Shown here piece by piece: positions 27,801-39,835 of a stretch of 64,000 nt of DNA. Source of the stretch: Phoronis australis. Taxonomy: Eukaryota > Animalia > Phoronida. Made by a program: the position numbers and the translations under genes. Position 1 is the first letter of the stretch, and each line of letters starts with the position of its first letter. Below the pieces are notes generated by a model. It saw nothing but the letters and a program-made list of their open reading frames with translations. It was not told the origin of the DNA and searched no databases. Location: assembly GCA_002633005.1 (NCBI GenBank), contig NMRA01000460.1:115653-179652 (forward strand), read 5' to 3'.

Positions 27801-30800
27801 ATCTCAGTCAAAACAGGATGACTTTGATGACGTTTTGCTGATTTCTCTGAGAAGTGCTCTAAATGCTAACACAATGCTCAGCCAAACCTGGTTTGAATGC
27901 TGATGCTTTTGGCCTGGGAGTCTGCTCTGCATGACTGTCTTCTCCGTTACTTCCCGGACTCAGTGACCCCGCATCTCCGTACCGGCCACTGGAGTCTGAA
28001 CTGTCCGTTCTTCTATGAGAACCCCCACTGACATGCACGCTGTGCTGAAGGGCTTGTCGAAATGGTGAGAAATCAAATGGCCGGTGAATTTCACTAGTTG
28101 GAGTGGGGTTAGAAATGATCTCAATGTCTGATGATGTCGTGGTGTCTATTTCATCACCAGAAGTTTGTCCGCTCTCCACTTTGACCAAGTCAGATGGTTC
28201 GCTTGACGAATTTGAGTCATTATCTTCATGTTTCGATGCGTCTGTGCCATCGACTGAACACTTGACGTAGCTCTCACTAGACACACTTGACATCATGCTC
28301 TCCTCGATACCACCCTCGTTCACAATAGGGGTCACTGTAACACTGTCCGTACTACTGTCCAGTTTGCTAGTGTTGGTGCTCTCACACAGTGTGGTCTCTA
28401 ACTCCACACTCACACTATCATCAGTGGACACATTTACTATTGCACAAGAGTCTAGTTCATCTCTCACCGACTCATCAGACTGTCGGTTGTTGACCTCAGA
28501 GCCTGGAGACTTCTCCATTTCAATGGACGTAACCTCTAATGCATCTTGTATGGTATCACTTGAGCTCACACATACATCCGATTCCATCCTCGTCTCATTT
28601 GAATCCTCACTACGGACTTCCGCTTTCATTTTCTCTTCATCAGAACTCAAGGAATCCTCATAATGTAATTTGGAAAACTCACAGTCCTCCCCACCTGTAT
28701 TACTTTTTACAGTTACCTCGGCGTATTTCTCACTACTTTTGTCACCTGCACTGCTAACAGTTTCTGTGCTGACCTCACTTTGCCCAGACTCATCTAATGT
28801 ACTGTCTGCAAACTCTACTGCATTTGCAGTAGTTACGGGAATGACTTCAACTTGGACCCTTTCACACTGCATAGGCTTGGCTTTATCATCACTAGATTGA
28901 GACTGCGCCTTTCCATCCTCAGTACTTTCATCAGATTTAGAAGTTTGCTTTGAAATACTGACGAGCTTCAGTGGCCCTTTCTTTGCCAATAACCTCTTTT
29001 CTGCAACACTTGGTTTCACCTCTGTTGATGATTGACTATCACTCCTCTTGACTGCCATTGTATTGGCAGATGAAATGTCTTTGTCTTGTTTCGCAGATGT
29101 TTTCTTTGTTGGAGATCTACAAGCAAATGCGAATATCATTATCCCACTAATGGTACTCTCCTTGCTTCATTCATTCTTTAAAAACTTTACAATGAATGGA
29201 AATCTATACCTACAAAGAGAAAAAGCATGTCTTCAAAAATGCTCAAAACAAACATAGTTTTATCAAAGATATTTAATTACCCTACAAAAAGAGAGGCTCT
29301 TTCACAAACATCTACAGGCTGTCTAACGAGGTAAATGATATATGCTGGTTGAGCAATCATTGTGTAGAGAGAATTGAGAAAACAGGGAAATGGAGCTCGA
29401 AAAGTCCAGAGTCAATTGTGACGACAAGGGTCCTTAGCCTTCATAGTTCACGGGCAAATGAAACCTTAATTTGACATTGCTCAGGCCCACTGTTAACAAC
29501 ATTGGGACAAATGAGTTTTTAAAATGATGTTAATTACAAACAAAACTACCATGTTTTCGAGGTGACGAATTAAACCAACAACAGTTTAGTCCAGCAAACT
29601 GCTCACCACTGTAAGTTCTGGTCACTGCCAGAATGTCTCTCATTTTCATTCATTTGAATATCCAGAAAACCATACCAATGAGGTGCGTTATCATTGGTTA
29701 TTCTACCCAGCGACGCACTTTTATTAAGATGTTTGAGGAACAAACAAGAACAAAGACAATAGATTAAATATCAAATGTTTTATTAAAATAAAACAGCTTG
29801 CAATTAGTATATTCAGTTATCTTTGACAATAGGGTCCCGCATTTTGAGAACCATTTTTCTTCACTAAATAACGGGCATCAAACTGGCGACCTTGTAAGTT
29901 GCTCTTGTATCATCTTTACTTCTACTTCCACTGCCCTAGCTATAACGACATCATTGCATTTTTGTAATATGCTGAAACTAAAACGCAAGATGTAAAAACA
30001 ATATACTTTGTACTCGGAGCAAGACTTGAAGAAGGTGGCTGTTGTTTGGCGTCTGTATCGAACCAGTTGTTCCAGAAATTATCAAACTCCGAAAATGACT
30101 TGTTTTTGGAACCACTGCTTTTCTGCTCCTTCTGTTTTTCTGTGAACTCAGTTGTAGTCACCACATGAGCAGCTGAAAGAAATGATAGAATATAGACGTG
30201 CTACAGCTTATAACAAACTCGCATAACTTCGATCCGATCGGAGAGATTTTATCCAAGCGAGGCGAAATCTAAACAAACCTGGCAAACTGCACTAGAGGTC
30301 GTCCAGGACGCCCTGACTCAAATTTTGATACCCTAGTTAGCACACCTTGTTCAGCATTTGGAGGCCCAAATGAAGTAAGTCAGCTTGCTTGTCCCTTTTA
30401 ACTTGCTACCAGCAGCGCTGGGAGCTCGTTAGCCTGTTCAGAAAAAGAGTTGGTTTAAAACTTACGTAAGATACAAAAAATCTTGCCCAGAACCATATCT
30501 CCACAGTAACATATGACACAAATTAATAAGGGTAATTTGGGACCATAAAAACAATATCATGCATTGTTGGTCATGGACACTGGAAATTGGGAAACCCATT
30601 ATGGAAAACCTTTTTTTGAAATTCTGGATGAACAGTGGAAAAAATAATTGCAGGTGGTCTGGTATAGGTTGTATCAGGTGGGCCCATTGCACTGACCACC
30701 TGGAACCATTTTAATGCTTTATTAACATATTGTTAAAACCAAACTGAGGAGCTAGAGACCTGACTCAAGGGTCTAGCAGTGTGACCCAGTGGAACTAAAA

Positions 30801-31625
30801 CCCACAACTTTCAGTGAAGGATGTAAAATTAGTAGCTGGTCCTCAATAACATTTGCATTTCAATTTGAGAATAGAAAGTCTTCAACATCTTAGCTTAATT
30901 AGTACATGAGCACCGAGGATATTATCATTGTTAGTAAATGTTACCATTATCGTCACTACGAGACTTCAAACAAGGAGAGGAGTGAAATAATACTTATGCT
31001 AATCGCCTTCCGCCAGTTTTGACCACATGTGACTTGAACCATGTTCAATGAAGCAAGCACTCGTGAGTGTTCCAAGTGCTCACTTCTCGAACACCTTTTA
31101 GCAAGCGAGCACTTGCGAACATGCCACAACCACTCTTGATAGGTAGTTTGCTTAGAAAAATTCAAGATGGTGTCCAACAATGATTCTAAGTGATATACGC
31201 TGGAAGTACACGAAGTATGCACGACAAGATTATTGGAGACATTTATCATAAATTAAGTACCGAAATAATTCATTTAGTAGTATAGACTTGCTTTATATTG
31301 ATTATAATGGCCTTTATTTGTTTTCTGAAGCGAGCGCACTCTGTTGTTCAATAGTGAGCTCCCACTTTAGGCAGGCTTTCACTCGCACTTTAGGGAGGCT
31401 TTCACTCTCACTTTGGGCGGGTACAGGCTCTATTGAACAGGGCTCAGAATTTCATAGGAAGTCTCACTTACAATTTTTCTCTGCTGTCTTCACTTCAGAT
31501 ACACTGCTGGTTGCGCCACCACCGTCTTCCTCCTGAATGTCCAGCACCTTGTCTATCTTCTTCTGAGCATTCTTTAATGCCGATGTTGCAAAATTAGAAA
31601 AGCTTGACGAATCCCACCAACTCAT
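9810..31625 (-). CDS. TMF1: TATA element modulatory factor 1 (golgin TMF1), 21 coding exons, about 1210 aa
   Basis: Exons: 31472-31625, 30007-30172, 27888-29116, 26928-27001, 24229-24332, 23250-23367, 23002-23057, 22332-22405, 20558-20654, 19568-19653, 18361-18487, 17994-18150, 17568-17660, 17169-17223, 16626-16727, 16204-16396, 15226-15553, 14405-14557, 13819-13944, 10785-10895, 9810-9839. All introns are GT-AG and the total of 3633 nt stays in frame. Motifs: N-terminal MSWW...ALKNAQKKIDKVLDI, TTSSDIEII, EGEKLSKHQLQSNNIIKKLR, TRPLLRQIENLQ, RYDALLQMYGEKVEETDELRLDLQDVKDMYKQQI. Confidence 0.96.
10500..10736 (-). mobile_element. tRNA-derived SINE
   Basis: Minus strand: A-box-like TGGCTCAGTGG, then TGTGTCTTTGAGCAAGACACT, ACTAGCATCC and AAACCGGAGTT, which recall conserved-core SINE2 families. 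Confidence 0.6.
11221..13304 (-). mobile_element. 5'-truncated L1/Tx1-clade non-LTR retrotransposon in a TMF1 intron
   Basis: Poly(A) tail (T-run 11221-11246) with AATAAA just inside it; 13-bp TSD TCTGGCAACTAAT at 11208-11220 and 13305-13317; uninterrupted ORF2 remnant. Confidence 0.93.
11617..13304 (-). CDS. LINE ORF2 remnant: C-terminal part of the reverse transcriptase plus CCHC zinc knuckle
   Basis: AQYADDT catalytic motif, SGLHLNYEKC, LSIKGRI, GGLKYPN and CPYCGEVQTFQHMFYSC. The first 30 or so residues of the 592-aa track ORF are host flank beyond the TSD. Confidence 0.9.
16138..16203. repeat. Perfect 33-bp tandem duplication at a TMF1 5' splice site
   Basis: TACTAAAGAACCAAACCATATCACCCCCATTAC occurs twice in tandem. 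Confidence 0.9.
18560..18795 (+). repeat. Dispersed repeat; second copy at about 22560-22780
   Basis: Both copies share GGACAAAAA.AATTGCCAAAAT, TTTTAACATTGTT, GCTATGGT, CTTTTATGAAA and ATATTGTG. Confidence 0.6.
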
Positions 31626-33659
31626 GATGGCTGGTACGTCTGAACTGAAACCAAAATTAATGCAGAATATACACATAAAAACACAGCTTGCTAGACAACT
31701 CCGCGTGTAATAATAGGTAGTTCACATCATATTTTCATATAGTCACAAGTCATTGAAATTCATACAGGCTTATCATCCACATATAGACTGGTTATTGGTG
31801 TACTTAAGAACCAGCACATAAGAAGAGCTACACGGCTCAAATGCAAATAGGCTCAGCTCATGTCAGCGGCAAAATGAACTGTGAGGATTTGCCTTGAGGT
31901 GCAAATGTCTCACTTTCTGGATTTCTTACACGTTGCGAGCACAAAATTTCACAGCATGCGGATGAGGTGATCTAAGTTCTTAGCCGATGAGTAACTATCA
32001 TCCATGAAAATTAATCATTGGCTTACCTGACAACAAATTTCTCTCACACACTCATTGTAACCATGTATCCTACATTTACACAATTTACTACAAACGTAGT
32101 TTACAGGTCCATTGGCATTTCACTTGTTTGTGTGAGAGAAGCAATGACAAGAGTAAATTTAACTTGAGGCACACACCTCGGCTCATAGTTTTCTGTTTGA
32201 TCTAGCTCTAAGAAGCTTACTCAGGGCCTTCTTTAGTTGTAAGTGTATTAGTACATCTGAGAATGAGAAACAACAGAGTATCGACAGAGAGGGTACCATG
32301 ACATTTCAGCTTCGTGGAGCCTCAGCTCTAGCCCCGAATAACTCATGCCAATTCAACCACCAGTGACGTGATCCACTAGTGGCCTGCCAAATCCTATCAA
32401 GGACCCAGCATACCGTAATTCATTTATCTGATGATGTTATCACCAAATATTTAGTGTAAATCAACAGCAGGGATTCCTCATAAATTGAACTATGAACAGG
32501 AGTGTGTTTTTGCTCAACTTATTCCAGTAGACTTGTTAACTGGGCACACAGCAATTTAGTGATAGCATCAGTTCTGTTTTTAAAACATTGGAAAGGAACT
32601 CAGGTGTGCCAAATCTCGAAATTTCGAGACAAAGGGTTTTGAAAAGTTGATCCATTACCTTGGGATAATGTATTGTCGCATTCACAATAGTCCCTTTGCT
32701 CATTCTTTCCAAAGATCACAAAGTTATCAACAAATATTGGCTCACAGTTTGATCCCCATGTCAAAAGTGAACTGATGCAGATTTTAGTTACTTAAATTCT
32801 ATTTGTTTGTCTAATTGTACACTAGCAGTTAGAATTTGATAGATCCAAGCTTTGTGAGGTCAGCCAGTGATTATGCAATTATTCATAAATGTTTGAGAGC
32901 ATTCTGGAGAGTTCTAGCAAAGTGAACGATCTAGTTCATACTTGTAGAGTGATTGTGTGGATTCTAGAATGTGCTTTCCTTGATGAAGAGCTCCATAACA
33001 TTGAAACAGACCATAATTACTAAGGCTAGCGGTATTCTGTTAATAAGCTATTGAATCAGTGTGTGTGACTTTTAAACAGTTGCTGAAAGTGAGTCAAAGG
33101 TTCATCACAAATCAAGGCTATCCTAATGATTGGAACATTGGAACAGACATTGTATGAAGAGGAGCATATCGAATGTTTATGTTTTGTTTGAGTGGACTTG
33201 CGTATGTTCAGTTGATTTTAATAAGGAGATAAACTGCAACGGAACACATCTTCAGTCTACAGGGTCCTTGATTGATGGCTCGAACAATATTGAAAAAGCA
33301 TCCAAAACAGGTTACGGTAAGACAGCAGGCCTGCAGTTCAGAATAATATTAAAGGTCTTGGAATGAACGGTTTGAAAAACAGGCAAGGTTAAATGCTTAC
33401 TCTCAGTTTCAGACTCGAGAGTCAGACTTACGACTGAAGCAAACCAACAGGGCACTGCCACTGGTCGGATTGTACGTCCTTTACTTACTAATTAGAGAAC
33501 CTGAAAACTGAGTGAGTGAATAACGTCAACGTCAGTCGTCATTCGTCAACGCCAGCGTTCCTGTTATTTACAAGATAGAACTACCTGTGAATAGAACTGG
33601 TTTACTAAATCAGGGACCGCTATATTTGACCAGTGCCGCTAACAACTCCTGAATACACT

Positions 33660-33870
33660 GTGGCAACACTACCTCAAGATCTCAAGAAATTGGTCCTGGA
33701 ATCAAGAGATATGTCAACTTGTCAACTTCCGGTGATGGCAGCCATATTGTACATATTAGTGACGTTCATTAACCTATGAGTGTGCGAGTAAGCCTGTAGC
33801 GATATAACACACAGGATTGTGGGATAGCGACTATCCAAATCAGCCTCACCGGAAAACGTTGACAAGTGAA
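33660..33870 (-). promoter_or_regulatory. Probable TMF1 promoter and non-coding first exon
   Basis: ETS-type CCGGAA motifs (ACTTCCGG about 33725, CCGGAA about 33849) and a YY1-like ATGGCTGCC near 33740. A minus-strand donor lies near 33671 and the ATG exon has an acceptor at 31645. The TSS is inferred, not observed. Confidence 0.55.
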
Positions 33871-34403
33871 CTGTACAAATCACTTGCTTGTAGTTGTATT
33901 TCAAGCAGCCAGAAGTACAGTTTATCGTACATACGAGTTACAAACAGATAACAATATCCAAAATCAACTGTCACCTTACAGAGAGGATTGCATTCGTAGC
34001 ACTCTCTGGGTTCTGGATTGGCTAGCTTGTATCCCACAATTCACGCTTTGCGACGCGCACGCATTGGTCCTTATACGTGTATGAATTTATCGATCTTTAT
34101 ATATGTATGTATTGACAAATTTAGAGATTTGATACTTTGGAATGTGTTTTAGCCTCTCAAATTTGGCGTATTTGCAACAATAATGCCGAAAGTTACAAAG
34201 GCCAGGTAAAAACTGATTGGATGATTCACATAATTTCAATTTCCCGTGTATTGATGGTAAACAAAAGGCTATGAACCGGTTCAGTTCCTCAATGATCTAA
34301 TTTATCATAAAAAATTTTGAATAAAAAACTACCCTTTCTTGCAAATCCCGTCAGATTTGATATTGAGTTGAAATCAATGAAATTCGACGTGATGTACGCG
34401 TGC

Positions 34404-34495
34404 GCCCCAGTAGCGTAGTCGGTTAACGCGCCGTACTTATATGTCAGTGCAGGCGAGTAATGCGGAGATCGTGAGTTCGAGCCTCACCTGGGGCA
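34404..34495 (+). tRNA. tRNA-Ile (anticodon TAT) with an 18-nt intron
   Basis: Acceptor stem GCCCCAG/CTGGGGC plus discriminator A; A box TAGCGTAGTCGG; anticodon stem CCGTA/TGCGG with TAT at 34438-34440; intron 34442-34459 one base after the anticodon; B box GTTCGAGCC; T8 Pol III terminator at 34501-34508. Confidence 0.96.
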
Positions 34496-34879
34496 AATAC
34501 TTTTTTTTAAAAAAGCGCCTCGTCTTATTTATTTGGGATGCTACAAAATAACGTATGTTGGAGAAAATAGTATGCTGACCTGAACTAAGACTGGTAAAAT
34601 CCAGGTGCACATAACTTTTGTTGTCTCAATGTTCAAAGCCGTTTAAAAAATGTCGTGTAGATTAGAGCCCACAACCATCATTACCTTGAAGAGTAAGCAT
34701 GAAGTGAACCATAAAATATATGAGTCACCACACACAGATAAAGAAAGAGCGGAGTCACCAATATATAAATGCATCAATAGATGCACATCGCAATACTACT
34801 AGCTTCCTCTACTACACAAGACCCCCCCTGTATTAATTTACGACCGGAGTACGATATTTTGAGTAGAATTTCAAATCTT

Positions 34880-35460
34880 TTGAATTACGTACGTCATTTT
34901 AAGTTCTGTAAAACCTCATCGACAAGTCTGTACATGTAGTTAAATATCTACAAAACTATAGAATTTAACACAGTTTTAACATGGTTTCAGAAAATATATA
35001 CTTTTAAAAAAGTATATATTTTCTGAAACCATGCAGAAACGCAATAGAGTTTGATAGATCATTTTATACCAATCTGTTTCACGTGATCATGTGCTTTTGT
35101 AAAACATTAGTAATTTGAAAGGTACATTCATAGGAAAGAAACATCAGCTTCGTAAGGTATAAATGTTCAAAATAAAACGCTGTTAGTTTCCTAAATTATC
35201 TTTTCGTTTTCGTTTTTTTTTTGCAACTTTATTTTTTTACAAACATCATATAAGCTTATTTTGACAGTCCTTCTTGCAAAATGGAACGATTTAAAAAAAC
35301 AATACCTAGAAACGTTTGAGGGAAACAGAGCATAAAGCACTGTCTGAAAGTTTCATGAGGATCTGTGCTGCCATTTTTGAAATAAAATGTTTCGAAATCG
35401 GCAAAAATTGATTTTTTTCCGGGAACCTACGTAACCGTAAGTTGCCAGCCACCTGTATGA
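34880..35460 (+). repeat. Dispersed repeat family of about 550 bp; other copies at about 7330-7800 and 51285-51830
   Basis: Shared ordered motifs across copies: GA(C/T)AAGTCTGT, CAAAACTATAGAATTT or AAATATCTACAAA, TCACGTGA, AAAAC.AT.CCT...AAC. Confidence 0.6.
34980..35033. repeat. Perfect inverted repeat with 26-bp arms and a 2-nt spacer
   Basis: CATGGTTTCAGAAAATATATACTTTT-AA-AAAAGTATATATTTTCTGAAACCATG. Confidence 0.9.
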
Positions 35461-36599
35461 AGACTATCGTATATAGCTTTGTACAAGGCTAAACCAAAAG
35501 TAGTCTTGGTCATGGTACAGTGCCTTGGGGTTCGCAAGAACAAGCAACTGTAGTTCTGGCATACTTTGATTCTCCTGAAAATTTAAATTCACGTTAAACT
35601 TCACCACAATTAAAAACAACTAAACATTTCTAATTAGAATAGAAAAATGAAATACACAGTATGTCACAGAAAGTGAGTGTATTTATTACTTATGACAAAA
35701 GTTCAGTGGGTGCCATGGCAAGGGCCATTTGATCAGTATGTTTGGTGTTTATCATTTGTTGCTCAATTGACGAGTTTGTAATTGAGAGGGGAATCCGCGT
35801 TCACGAGCATGGAATAATGCATGGGAGCAGGATTGGTGTATACGCGCCAATGAAACATAATGAAGGGATGTCGGGATCATTGCGAAATCTCTTTGACCTA
35901 AGGTTAAAGAGACGCACTCGGTTTTATGCGGAAAAAATGGATTAGGGGATTATTGTTTGACGGGATAGAATTTTTGAAATTATCAGTTTTGACAAGAGCA
36001 GTAAAACAACAAATTCAGTTGTGTTTTTGTATTACAGATAGCAAATTCTCATCGTTGGCTGCCTGTTAATCGCTGAAATCGAGACAAGTGAATTTATCAG
36101 GTAAACGTCTTTCAAATACTTGCAGCTTTTCCTGCCGATTGTGTCATTGTGAGATGCACGTAAAACTAAAGTACAGTACATGGAATAATGTATAAGGGCA
36201 CTATGTGTAACCATGTTCATCTGAATGTGAAACACTGTGCCCGGTTGTACGAAACAATTCCAATTAGTGTCTCAACTAGGTTCTCTAAATCTTTTGCGTA
36301 CTTGTTTCGTCCTATCCTTTGCAGATGCAATCTTTTTCTTTCCTTTTATCTTTATTATGAGTTCCTCTTTAACTGATTACGTTTTCTAATTAAATCTGAG
36401 CCCTTAGTTCAATTAAAATAAATAGGGACTTAGTCCTAGGGGCGTTGCATGAAAAGATTCCTACTTATTGTTGATAGTATTGAGAATCCAACATAAAGTT
36501 CACTTCCACTTTGTATCAAAGCCAAGTAAAGGAATTAACATCTTTAACAATGAAACTAAAACAGCATAAGAAAGGACAATCGGTGATTTCACAAGTCCA

Positions 36600-37270
36600 A
36601 TGAAGTAGTTCAAAACCCTCCGAAGCTTATAACTGAAACAGCAATCAGATTTAAGTCAAAGAACGGTTTGTACTTCGACAATAACAGAACAGAGCCGAAA
36701 TTCAGAGAACAGGCCCACTTCCTGGCCAAGACCAACGATTGGAAACTAATTAAAGATTGTACAGAAACGCCTCTTATATTCCCATCTGAAATAACAGATT
36801 CGGCATTACGACCTGACATTGTGTTATCAGGCGAAAAGAGCAGTTTTAATAGAACTTACAATACCAGAAGAAGACAATATGGAATCAGCACACCTGAGGA
36901 AAAGAATGAAATACACAAATCTCGTCGAAGAATGTAAAAATGCAGGATGGCAAACAGTTCTGTTCCCTGTTGAAGTCGGCAGTGGAGGCTTAATCTACGA
37001 ATCATTAAAGAAGCTAATGAATTTCCTAGAGGTCCACAAAGAAAACAAAAAAAAAAACAAACATACCAAACGGCCTCTCAGACAGCTCTCAGATGTAGCT
37101 ATACAACATATCTATCAAGAAACAACAACCAATTTACGGAATGGCAACTCTGCAACCTTTCTAAGCCAGTGATTGAAAAGCAAAGAAGAGGTGAAACTAT
37201 TCACAATTATCGTGACTCAACAGAGAACCCTATGCAATCAGCTACTTCGTCATCCCCGATATTAAAAAAA
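36600..37270 (+). mobile_element. Degenerate 3' fragment of an RLE-type non-LTR retrotransposon (Hero/NeSL-like)
   Basis: Frameshifted ORFs 36668-36937 and 36819-37172 join to give DWKL...LIFPSEITDSALRPDIVL / VLIELTIPEEDNMESAHLRKRMKY...GWQTVLFPVEVG, a PD-(D/E)xK restriction-like endonuclease. An A-run follows at about 37264. Confidence 0.85.
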
Positions 37271-38864
37271 GATGGCGCACTTTCAATATAGACGTCGCAC
37301 ATCACATCTGACGCAAACAAGTCAAGACATTTTTGAAATACATCCTGGTACGGAATTGGAGATAGTTAGGCTTATAAAAGGTCTTAAACCCAGCCGCAGA
37401 GCGTCTAAAGCCGCGCACAGTACCAGTGACTGCTGACAACTCATCGGATACACAACTTTAAAATCCTTCGCCGCAGAGATATTAACTCTTGGGTTGTCTC
37501 CGGTGAGCCCATTCATTCTTAAATGATGTTTAGGTAAATTATGAATAAATTTTGCATGGTTTTCTATGAGTTGTTGATTAATTTCACAAATAATTCAACA
37601 TCAAAAAGTTAACTCATATTCTCTAACCGTAAGGAAGCTAAAAATCACCCTCTTGAACAACTGTTTATCGTGACGTGTTTGGTGGGGTAAAGTCAGTGTC
37701 CTATTTTAGCGGGCAGTGAAGTAGCGTTCTTCATATTGTCGGAACAAGAAATCTTGAAATGTCGGGTCACCAGGGATACCTGTTTGAGCCGAGGCAATAC
37801 AAAGTGATACCCAGTCGTCGACATAGTCAGACGAAAATTTGCGGGTACAACCAGTCCGTATCAGCAATTTACACTGGTGTGATGCCATCGACTATAGTAC
37901 ATGGACCGCCAATTCCCTGTACTTTCTGTGCTCTTACAGGAGCATGACGTCATTATTCACTAGCGCTACCTGGCCAAATTATCTGGTTTTATTTCCGGCA
38001 AGTAATCATGGTCACAGGCGCTCGAATTTCCCGATCACTCATAACCATATAAGAAACATCATTGGCGTTGACTACCCGGGTATAGTTAGTCTAACTTATG
38101 ATCGTTTCCTCCTCGTAAAACTTACATCAATATGTAGAGTTAACTGACCGGCGGGGCTGCGTGCAAAATCTGATAGGGGCAGCCGACATGAAATTCGCCT
38201 TGTTAGTTGCAGCCGTTTATTAAGTGGAAAACGATCAAACAAACGTCATTTTGTATCATAATTCGCCCGGCCGCCTTTTGTAACAAAGAAGTGTGTCGTC
38301 CGTTTCAAAAACAGCACCCTCGTGACACGGCGCACGCGCCATTTCCTAAAATTTTGCGACGTCTTTCGGGAGATGATGGCAGCCGCGGCTTCGCAGCAGC
38401 AAGGTTTGTTCTAAAATTCGATTTGCTGGTATTTAAATACCAAAAACTTGTAACGAAATGAAACAAGTTACGATAATTTGTTGTCACATGTACGCAACCT
38501 CATGCCGGCAGCGAAGAACGGTTGATAAAAGAATCGGGGAAATCAAACTGGTAAAGGTCAGGTGACAGTCGCCAAAAGCCGACTCAAGAGAACGCATCAC
38601 AATTTTAGCAGCAGCCGATTAATGACCGCTAACTTTTCCAACACCGGTAAATAAGTTAGTTTACTCTATGATGTGAGAAGTTTTAATGACACTAATTTTG
38701 AGTAAGATTTTATTGGTCCATTTTTTACCCATATCGGCGCAAACCTGTATACTTAGTATACAGCTTTCATTGGCGGCGCAGCACTGAAAAACGTAGGGGG
38801 CTATAGCCCCCCAGCCCCCTATGGTGCGCTGCCCATGGCTTTGGGCCAAGGCTTGGGCAATCCG

Positions 38865-39200
38865 GCGATGGTATGTGATGACCATTCCCTTAGAAGACGC
38901 CATTTTTGAAGAGTTCGAACAACCAGGAGCTACACAAAAAGGCATGGCGAACCTTTTACAGCACTGTGGCAAATAGTGAAAAAATAAGAACGGCTGATAC
39001 AATGATAAAATATGATGTAAACCCTTTACGGGCACAGCAATACATATCCGGATAAGCAGTCGAGGCCCCACCAACACGTCACTGACATATCAGCCAATCA
39101 TCGAGCTTTTGTTTGGCGCGCAACTCGGGCAAATGTGCGATGTGTTTATATGATAGAACCGGTTAACTGCTACATTATTTTTACTACAGTACCCTTTTAA
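38865..39200 (-). mobile_element. 5' remnant of a THAP-encoding DNA transposon (Kolobok-like)
   Basis: Minus strand begins TTAA-AAGGGTACTG at 39200. ATG 38945 gives MPFCVAPGCSN...ITYHR, the CxxxxC and H start of a THAP zinc finger, cut off next to a hAT-like end (CATGGGCAGCG...GGGGGCTATAGCCCC) at 38837. Confidence 0.55.
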
Positions 39201-39678
39201 GGAACTTGTGACTGTTTCATGCAACCGCCCACTGGTCTCACCAGTTACAAATAACACAGAAAAAATATTATAAGATACACAAGGCGGATTTAGACCACTT
39301 ACAGTTATGAAATTTGGTTGACGCATTCCCACATGATGGATATCCATGGTTTCTGCTGTAAAGCTATCAATTTTACAATTCCCGACCTCCCTTTTTTCAA
39401 ATTTCATGAGTCACAACAAATCCTTTTTCTTCTTTTGCCATTAATTCTCCGTCCCGGGGCGTCACCAATTCTACCCACAGATAGTCCCCAGCACATTGTC
39501 TGTCATAAGCCTGTCAACGTTTCCTTTTACAAGTGACAAACGTAGAATGGTTTTCCGTCATTTTAAAGATTAATAACTGAGATAGTACTGAAATCTTGCC
39601 ACTTTATCCATAGGTGTCTGTCATACTAACCTAATTCCGAAAGAGTGCTCTATGAATTGGATGGAGGCTTTTTCGAAC

Positions 39679-39835
39679 CTGGCGTGCGTTCAGTAGACGC
39701 TGGGACCTACGCTAGGACCTAGCTAAAATCTAGTCAAGGTCACGTGTTCTCATTTAAAATACACGGCAATATCTCACGTAATCTCGCGAAGTCTTGCTTT
39801 TTAGCGAGGTCCTAGCGTTACTGAACGAGAGGCTG
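39679..39835 (+). mobile_element. MITE of about 157 bp, copy 1
   Basis: GGCGTGCGTTCAGTA...TACTGAACGAGAGGCTG ends; highly similar to the reverse complement of 53042-53207; a diverged copy lies at about 52270-52397. Confidence 0.8.

Noticed and set aside
28295-28900. Plus-strand Ser/Thr-rich ORFs
   Set aside because: Antisense shadows of the large TMF1 exon.
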